A DNA stretch of 64,000 bases from positions 15,270 to 79,269 of IMG/VR virus record IMGVR_UViG_3300021963_000086; one strand, written 5' to 3'. Below, one piece after another: positions 39,189-47,254 of this stretch. This DNA comes from a virus. Each line of letters begins with the position of its first letter. Position 1 is the first letter of the stretch. The position numbers were made by a program, and so were the translations under genes. The notes beneath the pieces were generated by a model. That model was not told the origin of the DNA and made no database searches. It saw only the letters and a list, made by a program, of their open reading frames with translations.

Positions 39189-39728
39189 TCAAGCATCAGC
39201 ATCTACTAAAGTGTCCTTACGTGGACGACCAACTGGACGTTTGGTAGGATCTAATTCTTCTGCTTGTTTGCGAAGATCTCTAGCTTGCAAATCGTATATA
39301 TCGGCTTGACGACGTAAGTCTGCCGCTAATGCTTTGTTGTCCATTGTGTCACCGCTACTAACAGGCTCATCGCCATTCATTGCGGCTAGTTGATTGTTTA
39401 GATCTTCTAATGAAATTTCCATTCCAGGACCTGGACGCATTATGATTTTCTTTGTAGGGAACTTACGTAGTAATCCCTTGTCATGTAAACCTTGTAACAT
39501 AGGCTCGCCAGTTGACAAAAACTGTCTGCTAGCATAATCAAAGAAATCAATAGTTTCTTGTGCAGTTACCGTTTCAACAGCATTCATCAAATCGGTATGA
39601 TAGCGATCAGGAAGGCTGTCACTTTCTACTACAAGACAACTAGTGGGTTCGTTTGGAACCTGTCTAAAAATAACTAAAACTCTGTGGCCGGTATCTTTGT
39701 GAACACCGACGTGTCTGAGGAATGCCAT
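39189..39728 (-). CDS. Conserved protein with C-terminal AT-hook-like motif
   Basis: Start MAFLRHVG after a GGAG RBS; 'KRPVGRPRK'. Confidence 0.7.
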   Translation of the reverse strand: MAFLRHVGVHKDTGHRVLVIFRQVPNEPTSCLVVESDSLPDRYHTDLMNAVETVTAQETIDFFDYASRQFLSTGEPMLQGLHDKGLLRKFPTKKIIMRPGPGMEISLEDLNNQLAAMNGDEPVSSGDTMDNKALAADLRRQADIYDLQARDLRKQAEELDPTKRPVGRPRKDTLVDADA

Positions 39729-39738
39729 AAGTATCTCC

Positions 39739-39978
39739 TTATTGGACAACTGCGTCAGCTGGTTTTTCTTCTGCTGTTGTCTCTGGTGCTACGCCTTCTG
39801 CGGCTTTAGCTTCGGCTTCTTGCTTTGCTTGTTGCTCTGCTACTGCCTGGATAAAACCTGTGATTTTATCATAAATTGTACCTACAGCCTTTGCTTCATT
39901 GGCCTTAAATGCGCCACGTTGTGTGGCAAGGTCAATTACGCTAGCGGCTAATTGTAGATCTTGAACATTGAGTTCCAT
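39739..39978 (-). CDS. Conserved small protein
   Basis: 'L.VQDL....VIDLATQRGAFKA.E...VG..Y.K'; GGAG RBS. Confidence 0.75.
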   Translation of the reverse strand: MELNVQDLQLAASVIDLATQRGAFKANEAKAVGTIYDKITGFIQAVAEQQAKQEAEAKAAEGVAPETTAEEKPADAVVQ

Positions 39979-40003
39979 GTGTTGTCTCCTATTAAAACAT
40001 GAG

Positions 40004-40234
40004 TTAATGTGTATTTTTATTTAGTCCAGTGGCCTTTTGTATCCTATCTGCCCATGCACTTAATTCAAATAAAAATGAATCCTCGGCAGAATCTAGCTCG
40101 ATCTGCACACTCGTTGAAGATTCCAAAATGCGAAAAGGCCCTGTGGCATTCAGGGCCAGGTAGTCTTTGACTACCCAACTAACTTTATCTAGCTCTTCTG
40201 AGTTTGTAACAGGTATTTCATACCTATATGCCAT
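40004..40234 (-). CDS. Hypothetical protein
   Basis: Coupled (TAATG) to the vWA gene. Confidence 0.6.
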   Translation of the reverse strand: MAYRYEIPVTNSEELDKVSWVVKDYLALNATGPFRILESSTSVQIELDSAEDSFLFELSAWADRIQKATGLNKNTH

Positions 40235-41478
40235 TATGTTTTGTGATCATAAAACGCCGTTACTCCGAACGGTGCTTCAATGTCCTCGCTAGAATTAATA
40301 ATCCAAAGTGTATCACAGTAATTCTCATCACCCCAACCACCGCATGGATATCCGTCAGTAAACACTACCAATTGTTTAGGAGTAATATCTTGTTCTTTCA
40401 TGTACTCCCAGTTAACCTCAAAATCGGTACCACCACCGCCACCTGGTTCGTAGTCTAAGATATCTCCTGAACCATCGCTAGTAAATTCTTCCTCTGCATG
40501 AATGCTGGTATCAAAGCACCAAACTTTAATAGTCCAGCTGTCATAATTGTCCATGATACCTTTTACTTCACTAAGGAAATCACGAATCATTTCTTCGCTG
40601 ATTGATCCTGACGTATCGATAGCAACACAAATATCTACATTTTCTGCTGGCAACATACCGGGCAATACAGCACCAGTATGCCAACTCTTACGACTAGGAC
40701 GACTAAAAGAGTAATCATTTTTAAGAGAACTCTCTAGTTGGATACGTAGCAGATCCTTCCAGTTCATCTTAGGTTGAGTGAACTGTTTGATTAGACGAGC
40801 TACTGCGGCAGGAGTCTTTCCAGCACCTGCGGCTTGTGCGGCTTGCAGTACAGCATTTTTAATTTCGTCTTGCAGAGCCTTACGTTCTTCTTCGCTGAGT
40901 TTCTTACCAATAGCGCCATCTTCGCTTTCGCCCTTACCTTCGCCGTCCTCACCTTCACCAGTCAAGTCCAAATGTACGTCCAGGGGAAGTTTGATAGTAA
41001 CAGCATTCTTCATTAGACTGTCGTAGACCTCATCAGTAGTCATGTCCTTGTATTTGTTGTCAAGGAGAATGTCTACTTGGCGAATAACTTGTCCGATACG
41101 ATCACGTTCGAGAATTAGATTAATAACATAGTCACCTGCCATGTTCCATACATCAGGTCGGCGTTCGCCTCGACGTACCATGTGTTCAAAAACACAATGC
41201 ATCACTTCGTGTGCAATAAGGAACATTAGTTCGTCATCATTGAGCTGGTTGACAAAGTTGACGTTAAGGAACATATTGCGGCCGTCAACCGCCGCTGTAG
41301 GAATACGGTCGGTAGCATCAACGATACGAAGACGAGTGGCAAGGTTGCCAAAGAAAGGATGCTGAAGCAACAAACGGACACGCACCTTGATGACACGCTC
41401 CTTAACTTTAGCAAACGCCTGAGGGTTAAGGGGTGCAATGGTGTTTTTTGGGTTTTTAGTTGCTGTTGCAGTAGTCAT
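40234..41478 (-). CDS. HEXXH metallopeptidase-like + vWA protein (DUF2201-like)
   Basis: 'TAAVDG', 'HEVMH', 'WNMAGDYVIN'; MIDAS 'DTSGS', 'GGGGTDF', 'FTDG'. Confidence 0.9.
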   Translation of the reverse strand: MTTATATKNPKNTIAPLNPQAFAKVKERVIKVRVRLLLQHPFFGNLATRLRIVDATDRIPTAAVDGRNMFLNVNFVNQLNDDELMFLIAHEVMHCVFEHMVRRGERRPDVWNMAGDYVINLILERDRIGQVIRQVDILLDNKYKDMTTDEVYDSLMKNAVTIKLPLDVHLDLTGEGEDGEGKGESEDGAIGKKLSEEERKALQDEIKNAVLQAAQAAGAGKTPAAVARLIKQFTQPKMNWKDLLRIQLESSLKNDYSFSRPSRKSWHTGAVLPGMLPAENVDICVAIDTSGSISEEMIRDFLSEVKGIMDNYDSWTIKVWCFDTSIHAEEEFTSDGSGDILDYEPGGGGGTDFEVNWEYMKEQDITPKQLVVFTDGYPCGGWGDENYCDTLWIINSSEDIEAPFGVTAFYDHKT

Positions 41479-41502
41479 TATTTGCTCCTATGTAATAACT
41501 AT

Positions 41503-41531
41503 ATTATACTATCAATTGAATAATATGTCAA
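41503..41531 (-). promoter_or_regulatory. Early sigma70 promoter
   Basis: TTGACA-17 bp-TATAAT. Confidence 0.85.
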
Positions 41532-41534
41532 TCT

Positions 41535-41575
41535 AAAAAAATGGGAGGAGGCAAACTGATGTTCACACTCCCCCC
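41535..41575 (-). terminator. Intrinsic terminator
   Basis: GGGGAG...CTCCTCCC hairpin followed by a T-run on the minus strand. Confidence 0.65.
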
Positions 41576-41587
41576 AGGAGCGCAATC

Positions 41588-42694
41588 TTACTTAGTATCA
41601 ATTTCAATTACCAAGTGAGCGTACTTCTTAAAGAACTCTGGGAAGTTCTTAAGCTTCTTATGCTCAAAAGGTAGAGCATAGTTCTTAAGTGCAGTATGGG
41701 CACCCATAATAACCATTTCGGGTTCAAAATTATCCATCATGTATTGGATAAAGAACTCGCACATTGGATGCCAATCTTCTAGCTTACCTGCCTTCTTGGC
41801 ATTGTCATAAGCGTCTTTCAGCTCATAACACATAGAAGTAGTAAGTGAGTACATAGCGGACACTTCTTTAATGTCCAACTTAGTAACTTTGCCCTTAAGG
41901 ATGTCTGACGGGTTAGGTAGTTTGCTAGCAATCTTACGGTGTGCCATAAACTTGATAGCAAGACCTTCGCCAACGCAACCTGAAACAATATCAGTTTGGG
42001 TAGCCTCAGGCATACCGTCTTCAATCAAATCACTAACGAAAGACCAGCTACGTGGAGTAGCAAAAGAACGGTCGTGTTGCGTAGGGTCAAAGTCGTACAG
42101 GTCGCCCTTGCTGAAAGAAAGGTAACCAACTACGTCTGAGTGTACGCGATTCTTAAGAGCCCAACGTTGCCAGTCTTCAAAGTCTACACGGAGTTCAATA
42201 TGAACGAAACGGTTTGCCAACGGACTAGGCATGCGGTAAGTAACGCCTTTGTCAGACATACGATTACCTGCGGCAACGATACCTACACCCTTAGGCAGTT
42301 TATAAGTACCAACACGGCGGTTCAGTACAAGTTGATATGCCGCGGCCTGTGTAGCAGGTGCCGCACTTACCAATTCGTCTAAGAATAGGATATCTTCTGC
42401 GGCCTCATCAGTAGGCAATTCTGCAGGAGGTGCCCACTTCATTGTATTTTCTTGTGCATTGTAATATGGGATACCTTTAACGTCGGTGGGTTCCCAAAGA
42501 TTAAGACGAACGTCAGTTACAGGACGATTATCTTCTTGTGCAATTTCTGCAATAAGATCTGACTTGCCAATGCCGGGAGGACCCCAGATCATAACAGGAC
42601 GACCTTTTGCAAGCGCCTTGCGGATAATGAATTTAGCCTCGCTGATTTTAACAGTACGGGCTTCTGAACTATGAGATTTTGATGCTTTTGCCAA
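41588..42694 (-). CDS. MoxR/dynein-related AAA+ ATPase
   Basis: Walker A 'GPPGIGKS', Walker B 'LFLDE', 'AAGN', 'LANRF', 'TPRSW'; TTG start with GGAG RBS. Confidence 0.92.
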   Translation of the reverse strand: MAKASKSHSSEARTVKISEAKFIIRKALAKGRPVMIWGPPGIGKSDLIAEIAQEDNRPVTDVRLNLWEPTDVKGIPYYNAQENTMKWAPPAELPTDEAAEDILFLDELVSAAPATQAAAYQLVLNRRVGTYKLPKGVGIVAAGNRMSDKGVTYRMPSPLANRFVHIELRVDFEDWQRWALKNRVHSDVVGYLSFSKGDLYDFDPTQHDRSFATPRSWSFVSDLIEDGMPEATQTDIVSGCVGEGLAIKFMAHRKIASKLPNPSDILKGKVTKLDIKEVSAMYSLTTSMCYELKDAYDNAKKAGKLEDWHPMCEFFIQYMMDNFEPEMVIMGAHTALKNYALPFEHKKLKNFPEFFKKYAHLVIEIDTK

Positions 42695-42725
42695 TTTGCG
42701 CTCCTAAAATTGCTACAGTAACTCT

Positions 42726-42754
42726 ATTATAACAAATTATGATTTTATGGTCAA
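42726..42754 (-). promoter_or_regulatory. Early sigma70 promoter
   Basis: TTGACC-17 bp-TATAAT. Confidence 0.85.
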
Positions 42755-42760
42755 CCACTT

Positions 42761-43117
42761 TTATTGTGGCATAACTACAACAGGGCGAGTGTTTGACCAT
42801 TGCTGGCAAATGACATACCCATTGTAAGGACATTGTAACCCATCGCGACCGTCGATATAGACACGGTGGTTGTTTTGATAGTATGTGCCTTGCCCTTGAT
42901 AGTATCCTTGATACTGGGGCTGTGGCACATACGTAGGTGTAGGGGCGGTAAGCCTATCGCCTATTACGGCTCCAACGGCGGCCATTGCGACACGCCCATT
43001 GCCTTGACCAAACTGAGAGCCTATTAGGCCGCCAGCAACTGCACCGAGAACATCGGCTTTAGCAGACATCGCAGAGGTTGCGATAAGAAGGGTAGCAAGG
43101 ACTTTAGAATATTTCAT
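42761..43117 (-). CDS. Exported glycine-zipper (2TM) protein
   Basis: Signal peptide ending 'AKA'; 'GAVAGGLIGSQFGQGNGRVAMAAVGAVIG'. Confidence 0.8.
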   Translation of the reverse strand: MKYSKVLATLLIATSAMSAKADVLGAVAGGLIGSQFGQGNGRVAMAAVGAVIGDRLTAPTPTYVPQPQYQGYYQGQGTYYQNNHRVYIDGRDGLQCPYNGYVICQQWSNTRPVVVMPQ

Positions 43118-43134
43118 GATAGGCTCACCATGTT

Positions 43135-43153
43135 AAAGGGCTTGCGCCCTTTT
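43135..43153. terminator. Intrinsic terminator
   Basis: AAAGGGC-TTGC-GCCCTTT. Confidence 0.7.
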
Positions 43154-43155
43154 GT

Positions 43156-43386
43156 TTAGGCTTCTGCAACTTTAGAAACATCGGTACCTTCGGGCAGTAC
43201 CTTTGCAAGAAAGCCTTCTGCGGCAATCTCAGCCTTAGTCATCGCACGGGGAAGCTCGACGAAGTTAACGTCGGTATGGCCGTTCTTCATGAGAATCTTA
43301 ATGCGAGTATTGTCGTTAGTATAACGAACTTTAGTTTTGCCCTTAAGGACAGAGGAACCGACAAAAGTGAAAGTCTTGTTAGACAT
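43156..43386 (-). CDS. Conserved small early protein
   Basis: GGAG RBS; 'G.S...G..KVRY.ND..RIK.L.KNGHTDV..VELP..MTK'. Confidence 0.75.
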   Translation of the reverse strand: MSNKTFTFVGSSVLKGKTKVRYTNDNTRIKILMKNGHTDVNFVELPRAMTKAEIAAEGFLAKVLPEGTDVSKVAEA

Positions 43387-43439
43387 AAAGTATCTCCTGA
43401 TACAAGTTAAAGAACACTAGCACCTTGCTAGTAACCATA

Positions 43440-43569
43440 ATGTTACAATCAATCCATTTATTTGTCAACCACTTTTTGAACCATTTTGGACAAAGTTGTT
43501 GTGGTGCTTTTACCTGGATCATTTGTATCATTATTTCATTATTATAGCAAAATTTGATTTTTTGGTCAA
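43440..43569 (-). promoter_or_regulatory. Tandem early promoters
   Basis: TTGACA-17-TAACAT (43440-43468) and TTGACC-17-TATAAT (43541-43569). Confidence 0.75.
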
Positions 43570-43600
43570 CCATTTTTTGCCATAATTTTAGCCAAAAAAG

Positions 43601-43642
43601 TGTTGTTTTTACGCAACAAAAATCTGTTGTTTTTTAGCAACA
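43601..43642. promoter_or_regulatory. Two tandem TGTTG-N8-CAACA palindromes
   Basis: TGTTGTTTTTACGCAACA (43601-43618) and TGTTGTTTTTTAGCAACA (43625-43642). Confidence 0.6.
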
Positions 43643-44067
43643 CTTAAACTGTCAATAATTTGAGCTGTGGGCACAGAGTTTAGCTCGTACCCTTCCATCA
43701 CATCATTCAGATATGAACTAGAAGGATCGGCGCAAGTGTTACCCGGTTGCATGAAGTAAACTATTGCGTCAACCAATTGATCTTTGTATCGAATTTTTAC
43801 TTCTTTTCGACCATAGTAAAAAGGATATCCTTCTACCATATCCAGTGACTTAAGATGTGTAGGATTAATGCGCCATAGGACTCCGTGAACTGCTGAGCCT
43901 TTTTGTTTATACACATCAGCGTGAACAGCAAATCTAAATTTATGATCACCTAATACAACATGCCCTAAATTTTCAGCACCCGGACATCTAGTGGCCATGC
44001 CTCTAATGTTAGTGTTCATGCCATAGGCAAAATAATAAATGTCATTAGTCAAGGAAGATCCTTTCAA
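43609..44067 (-). CDS. Gamma-glutamylcyclotransferase (AIG2-like)
   Basis: 'YFAYGMN.N...M..RCP', 'VHGVLW.I', 'LD..EGYP..Y', 'PS..Y'. Confidence 0.85.
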   Translation of the reverse strand: MKGSSLTNDIYYFAYGMNTNIRGMATRCPGAENLGHVVLGDHKFRFAVHADVYKQKGSAVHGVLWRINPTHLKSLDMVEGYPFYYGRKEVKIRYKDQLVDAIVYFMQPGNTCADPSSSYLNDVMEGYELNSVPTAQIIDSLSVAKKQQIFVA

Positions 44068-44482
44068 TCACTTGTTTTTTATAATCATTGTCTAACACAA
44101 TGATTTTGATTTCGTCTTGGTTTGTAGTTACCATTGATTGGTGAATAGAAAAATACAATCTGTTGAACCACTCGTAACAAGACTCAGGATTGTCTCTATG
44201 AACTAATTCTCGCTTGTGAAAGTTCCAATAGGCACCTTTGTCTCTGGGTCCGTTAACAAACTTTGTAGGTAGCTCGTTACAATGTTTAAGATAATCTTTA
44301 AGCAATATATCTTGCATACCCTGCGGTAACGGGCCTGAATGCAATTTAGTTAAAAACCCTAAGACCATTTTCTTTGTAATGACCGCGGTGTTCCATACTG
44401 CCCAGCGATCGTTTAATGGAACAGGAAACTTGCTTAACGAACTCATCAGCAAGGCTTGTTCAATATAAGCTTCGTCCATCAC
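44045..44482 (-). CDS. Hypothetical protein
   Basis: 145-aa ORF in an early operon. Confidence 0.6.
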   Translation of the reverse strand: MMDEAYIEQALLMSSLSKFPVPLNDRWAVWNTAVITKKMVLGFLTKLHSGPLPQGMQDILLKDYLKHCNELPTKFVNGPRDKGAYWNFHKRELVHRDNPESCYEWFNRLYFSIHQSMVTTNQDEIKIIVLDNDYKKQVIERIFLD

Positions 44483-45056
44483 CGAGGCTCCATACTAGTG
44501 TGTTGTCGTTTAAATTTTTACGTAAGTCTTCTTTAGACATATTAAAGCCGTACATTGTATATTTGGCCCAACGTTCTAAAAATCCTTCATTATTGAATCG
44601 TGATAGGCGGAGGTGACGAGTGTGCAAATCTTCGATTACTTGTTCTGTTGTATAAAATTTACCTTCGCCGTTAGTAGCTATCTGACATACAGTAAAGTCA
44701 AAGTCGTTGAACACAGATTCTAGATTAGGAAACTTTTTCCTAACAATAATTTGAAGCTTCCATTTATTGTTGTCGTTGCACCAACCATCATCACCTTTTA
44801 AAGGAAAGTAATCAAATGTAAGAGCGTTATCTGTGCTAAAGGTAATACCAACACCTAAGTGTTCGTGGAATCTATTAGTGAGGTCTAAGATTTGTGCAGG
44901 ATTTCCTACCCAGATATCAATGTCATTAATAGGTTCGTCTTGCCATAGACATCTAGCACAACCGCCAGCAATCCACGGACCTGTTTTATAATTAGGCTGT
45001 ATTGCTTTTACAATTTGCTTTGGTAATTTTTTTGGACCTTGAAAGGAATAAATCAT
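44460..45056 (-). CDS. Nucleotidyltransferase (CCA/poly(A)-polymerase head-like)
   Basis: 'WIAGGCAR...INDIDIW' (DxD) and 'FDFTVCQIA'. Confidence 0.75.
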   Translation of the reverse strand: MIYSFQGPKKLPKQIVKAIQPNYKTGPWIAGGCARCLWQDEPINDIDIWVGNPAQILDLTNRFHEHLGVGITFSTDNALTFDYFPLKGDDGWCNDNNKWKLQIIVRKKFPNLESVFNDFDFTVCQIATNGEGKFYTTEQVIEDLHTRHLRLSRFNNEGFLERWAKYTMYGFNMSKEDLRKNLNDNTLVWSLGDGRSLY

Positions 45057-45208
45057 TCCTCTGCTTTCTTAGGGTGTTTAGGTTTGCGTTTATATGCTTT
45101 CTTTTGTTCTTCTATACGGCCGCGAAAAGGCAACGTGTTATCAAATAATGCTTGATGAGCACGTACCTTAGGAGCCTTAATAACAAAAGAAAGGGCTTTG
45201 GTTTTCAT
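45053..45208 (-). CDS. ArfA-like small basic protein (51 aa; not in ORF track)
   Basis: MKTKALSFVIKAPKVRAHQALFDNTLPFRGRIEEQKKAYKRKPKHPKKAEE; ATGA-coupled to the NTase gene. Confidence 0.55.
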   Translation of the reverse strand: MKTKALSFVIKAPKVRAHQALFDNTLPFRGRIEEQKKAYKRKPKHPKKAEE

Positions 45209-45214
45209 GATAGT

Positions 45215-45397
45215 CTATTTACTCAGATCAAAAGAACTGAAGTCGTTTTCTCTAATTTTCTTTGCTTCTTGTTTAAGAATACCTGCCATAACTTCAAGTG
45301 TTTTGGCCTGCATTTCTGAAGTGGTATTTGGATCTCGCAAGACTTCAATACCATTGTCTAGGATGGTCTTAATACCTTCTATGCTCATATGATTCAT
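45215..45397 (-). CDS. Small hypothetical protein, probably leaderless
   Basis: ATG at 45397 lies 7 bp from the -10 box of TTGATT-17-TATAAT (45405-45433). Confidence 0.55.
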   Translation of the reverse strand: MNHMSIEGIKTILDNGIEVLRDPNTTSEMQAKTLEVMAGILKQEAKKIRENDFSSFDLSK

Positions 45398-45429
45398 GCT
45401 ATACATTATACTGCCTTTCTTATTAAAAA

Positions 45430-45744
45430 TCAAGTATGCTCGATGTAGTTAATACCGGCCATTTCGATAGCACGTTGGCAAACTGGGCAAGGTTTGGCTA
45501 ACAATGGCTCTCCGCTATTTCCGAACCTAGTAACTACTATCTTATGCGCCTTAGTCCAATCTCTGCACTTTACTAGTGCATCTATTTCTGCATGAAGATA
45601 AATCTTTTCGTGCAACCCAACTTGGCTTGCGATTCGAGCTTGCAACGGATGGGTCTTAATATAACTATTCTTACCCATACCAATGATACGACCTTTCTTG
45701 TCGTAAACAATAGCAGTGATGTTCTGCTTAACCCTAGTTTTCAT
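45430..45744 (-). CDS. Zn-dependent cytidine/dCMP-deaminase-fold protein
   Basis: 'LHAEIDAL' and 'KPCPVC'. Confidence 0.85.
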   Translation of the reverse strand: MKTRVKQNITAIVYDKKGRIIGMGKNSYIKTHPLQARIASQVGLHEKIYLHAEIDALVKCRDWTKAHKIVVTRFGNSGEPLLAKPCPVCQRAIEMAGINYIEHT

Positions 45745-46049
45745 ACCGACAAAGTAGCCCAGAATGCTAGTTGTTGCAAGTCAGTTTCAAACTCCGGATA
45801 GACCTTATCTAGGTCTTCTTTGAAGATTTTATTGTAACCTTTTTTGTGTTTAGAGTTTACAAGCTTCTCCATGTTCCACGTTGACGAATGATCGATGACT
45901 TTGTGTTGCAATTTCTTGCCCCGGCGCCCCCAGGCTGTGACAAAGGTACCACCCCACTTGTCGCCATTGAGTTGAATACAAACCCAGACCTTGTCGTGAT
46001 TGTCTTCCCGACACCAACCAATGAAATTGTATTCCATTAGGCGCTCCAA
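45741..46049 (-). CDS. WGR-domain-like protein
   Basis: 'HDKVW...VTAWGRRG...K.KKGY'. Confidence 0.65.
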   Translation of the reverse strand: MERLMEYNFIGWCREDNHDKVWVCIQLNGDKWGGTFVTAWGRRGKKLQHKVIDHSSTWNMEKLVNSKHKKGYNKIFKEDLDKVYPEFETDLQQLAFWATLSV

Positions 46050-46312
46050 TAAGTTTCACTGGAAGGACTAGCGAACCAAGGAGTGTCGTAACGCTCTTGG
46101 AACTCTACGCCAGTCATTACATTCTTACGGGTAACATAAGTTTCAACCACGTTAAAGATGTAACCGTCCTGCTTGCGATAGGTAGGATACAGAGCTTTGA
46201 TCTCACGTTCCATTGCTTCGCGATCTTTGCGATCGTAATCGTACTTGCCAACAAGGCGCTGGCCTTCTTTAGTACGGCGATCCATCTTGTAGATTTCTAG
46301 GGTGAACATCAT
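46037..46312 (-). CDS. Conserved early protein
   Basis: GGAG RBS and promoter upstream; 'YK.DRR.K.G', 'DTP...SPSSETYWS'. Confidence 0.7.
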   Translation of the reverse strand: MMFTLEIYKMDRRTKEGQRLVGKYDYDRKDREAMEREIKALYPTYRKQDGYIFNVVETYVTRKNVMTGVEFQERYDTPWFASPSSETYWSA

Positions 46313-46341
46313 AGCTCTCTCCTTTGCGTTACAATACAAGT

Positions 46342-46424
46342 ATTATAGCAGAATTGGAATTATTGGTCAACCAGTAGAAAAACCCTGTGGTTAGCAGGGT
46401 TTTTAGTGTTGTATTAATACAACA
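46342..46424 (-). promoter_or_regulatory. Early cassette: palindrome + stem-loop + sigma70 promoter
   Basis: TGTTGTATTAATACAACA (46407-46424); hairpin AAAAACCCTG...CAGGGTTTTT (46378-46404); TTGACC-17-TATAAT (46342-46370). Confidence 0.8.
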
Positions 46425-46427
46425 GTA

Positions 46428-47249
46428 TTACTCTTTGTTATGAGCGTCTAGTGCGGCTTTTACAGCGGCTTCTACGGCGATCTTGATAAGCTCGGCAGTA
46501 GCATCGTCGTGAACGGCATTTACTTGCACAGGAGCAATGAATGCGGCGTCTGCTTTTTCCTTGTCGATTTCACCGACAACTTCGTAGCGGCAAGCACGAC
46601 CTTTGCTATTGTCATAATCACTTGGAATGCTTACAACATCACGTGGGTTGATCTTAACAATCACCGTACGGTCACCACTGAAGTGTGCTAGATAGTCTTT
46701 GCTACAAAAGTGAAGACCAGTGGAGCAAGTACGGTCCTTGTTGTCGTCAACTTCGTTACGAACCATTTCAACAACCTTACCGACACTATTGTCCATAGTA
46801 CCAGAGTGGCAGTCTAGGTAATCTGCACGAACCCGCTTATAAGCAAGGAAGTGGCCATCTGGAGTAATAGGCAAGCTATTCTTTTCCAAGAAGCCGTAGA
46901 GTTCTTCAACTGCTCGCTTGCTTGGGTTCTCCATTAGGTTTTCCATGAACGCAACTAGCGGCTCAATTGGAAATCCGTCTTGCAACATTGCAATCATTCG
47001 CTTGGTCAGCGAAGTGTGCAATTCTTTCTCTTTCCAATACAAGGTTTCGCCTTGAATGGAAATGTTACCTTGGCCGTAGTTGAGAACAACTTTCTTAGGC
47101 TCAATAGTATCTTTTACAGTTTCCCAATCACCTGCTTTAATCGCATCAACTACTTTTTGGTATGTGATGTGAGTTTTGCTAATGGTATGAGGCTTGTTGT
47201 CAATTACGACAACAACGTTACTTCCTTGAATCAAAAATGGATAGCTCAT
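46428..47249 (-). CDS. rIIB: rIIB-like protein
   Basis: 'ENPS...ELYGFLE...PITPDGHFLAYK.V...CSTGLHFCS..Y...VKINPRDVVSIP.DY...KGRACRYEVV'. Confidence 0.9.
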   Translation of the reverse strand: MSYPFLIQGSNVVVVIDNKPHTISKTHITYQKVVDAIKAGDWETVKDTIEPKKVVLNYGQGNISIQGETLYWKEKELHTSLTKRMIAMLQDGFPIEPLVAFMENLMENPSKRAVEELYGFLEKNSLPITPDGHFLAYKRVRADYLDCHSGTMDNSVGKVVEMVRNEVDDNKDRTCSTGLHFCSKDYLAHFSGDRTVIVKINPRDVVSIPSDYDNSKGRACRYEVVGEIDKEKADAAFIAPVQVNAVHDDATAELIKIAVEAAVKAALDAHNKE

Positions 47250-47254
47250 TTTGC

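Noticed and set aside
43379-43573. 64-aa ORF in the track
   Set aside because: It runs through two consensus promoters and starts inside a -35 region; more likely regulatory DNA.
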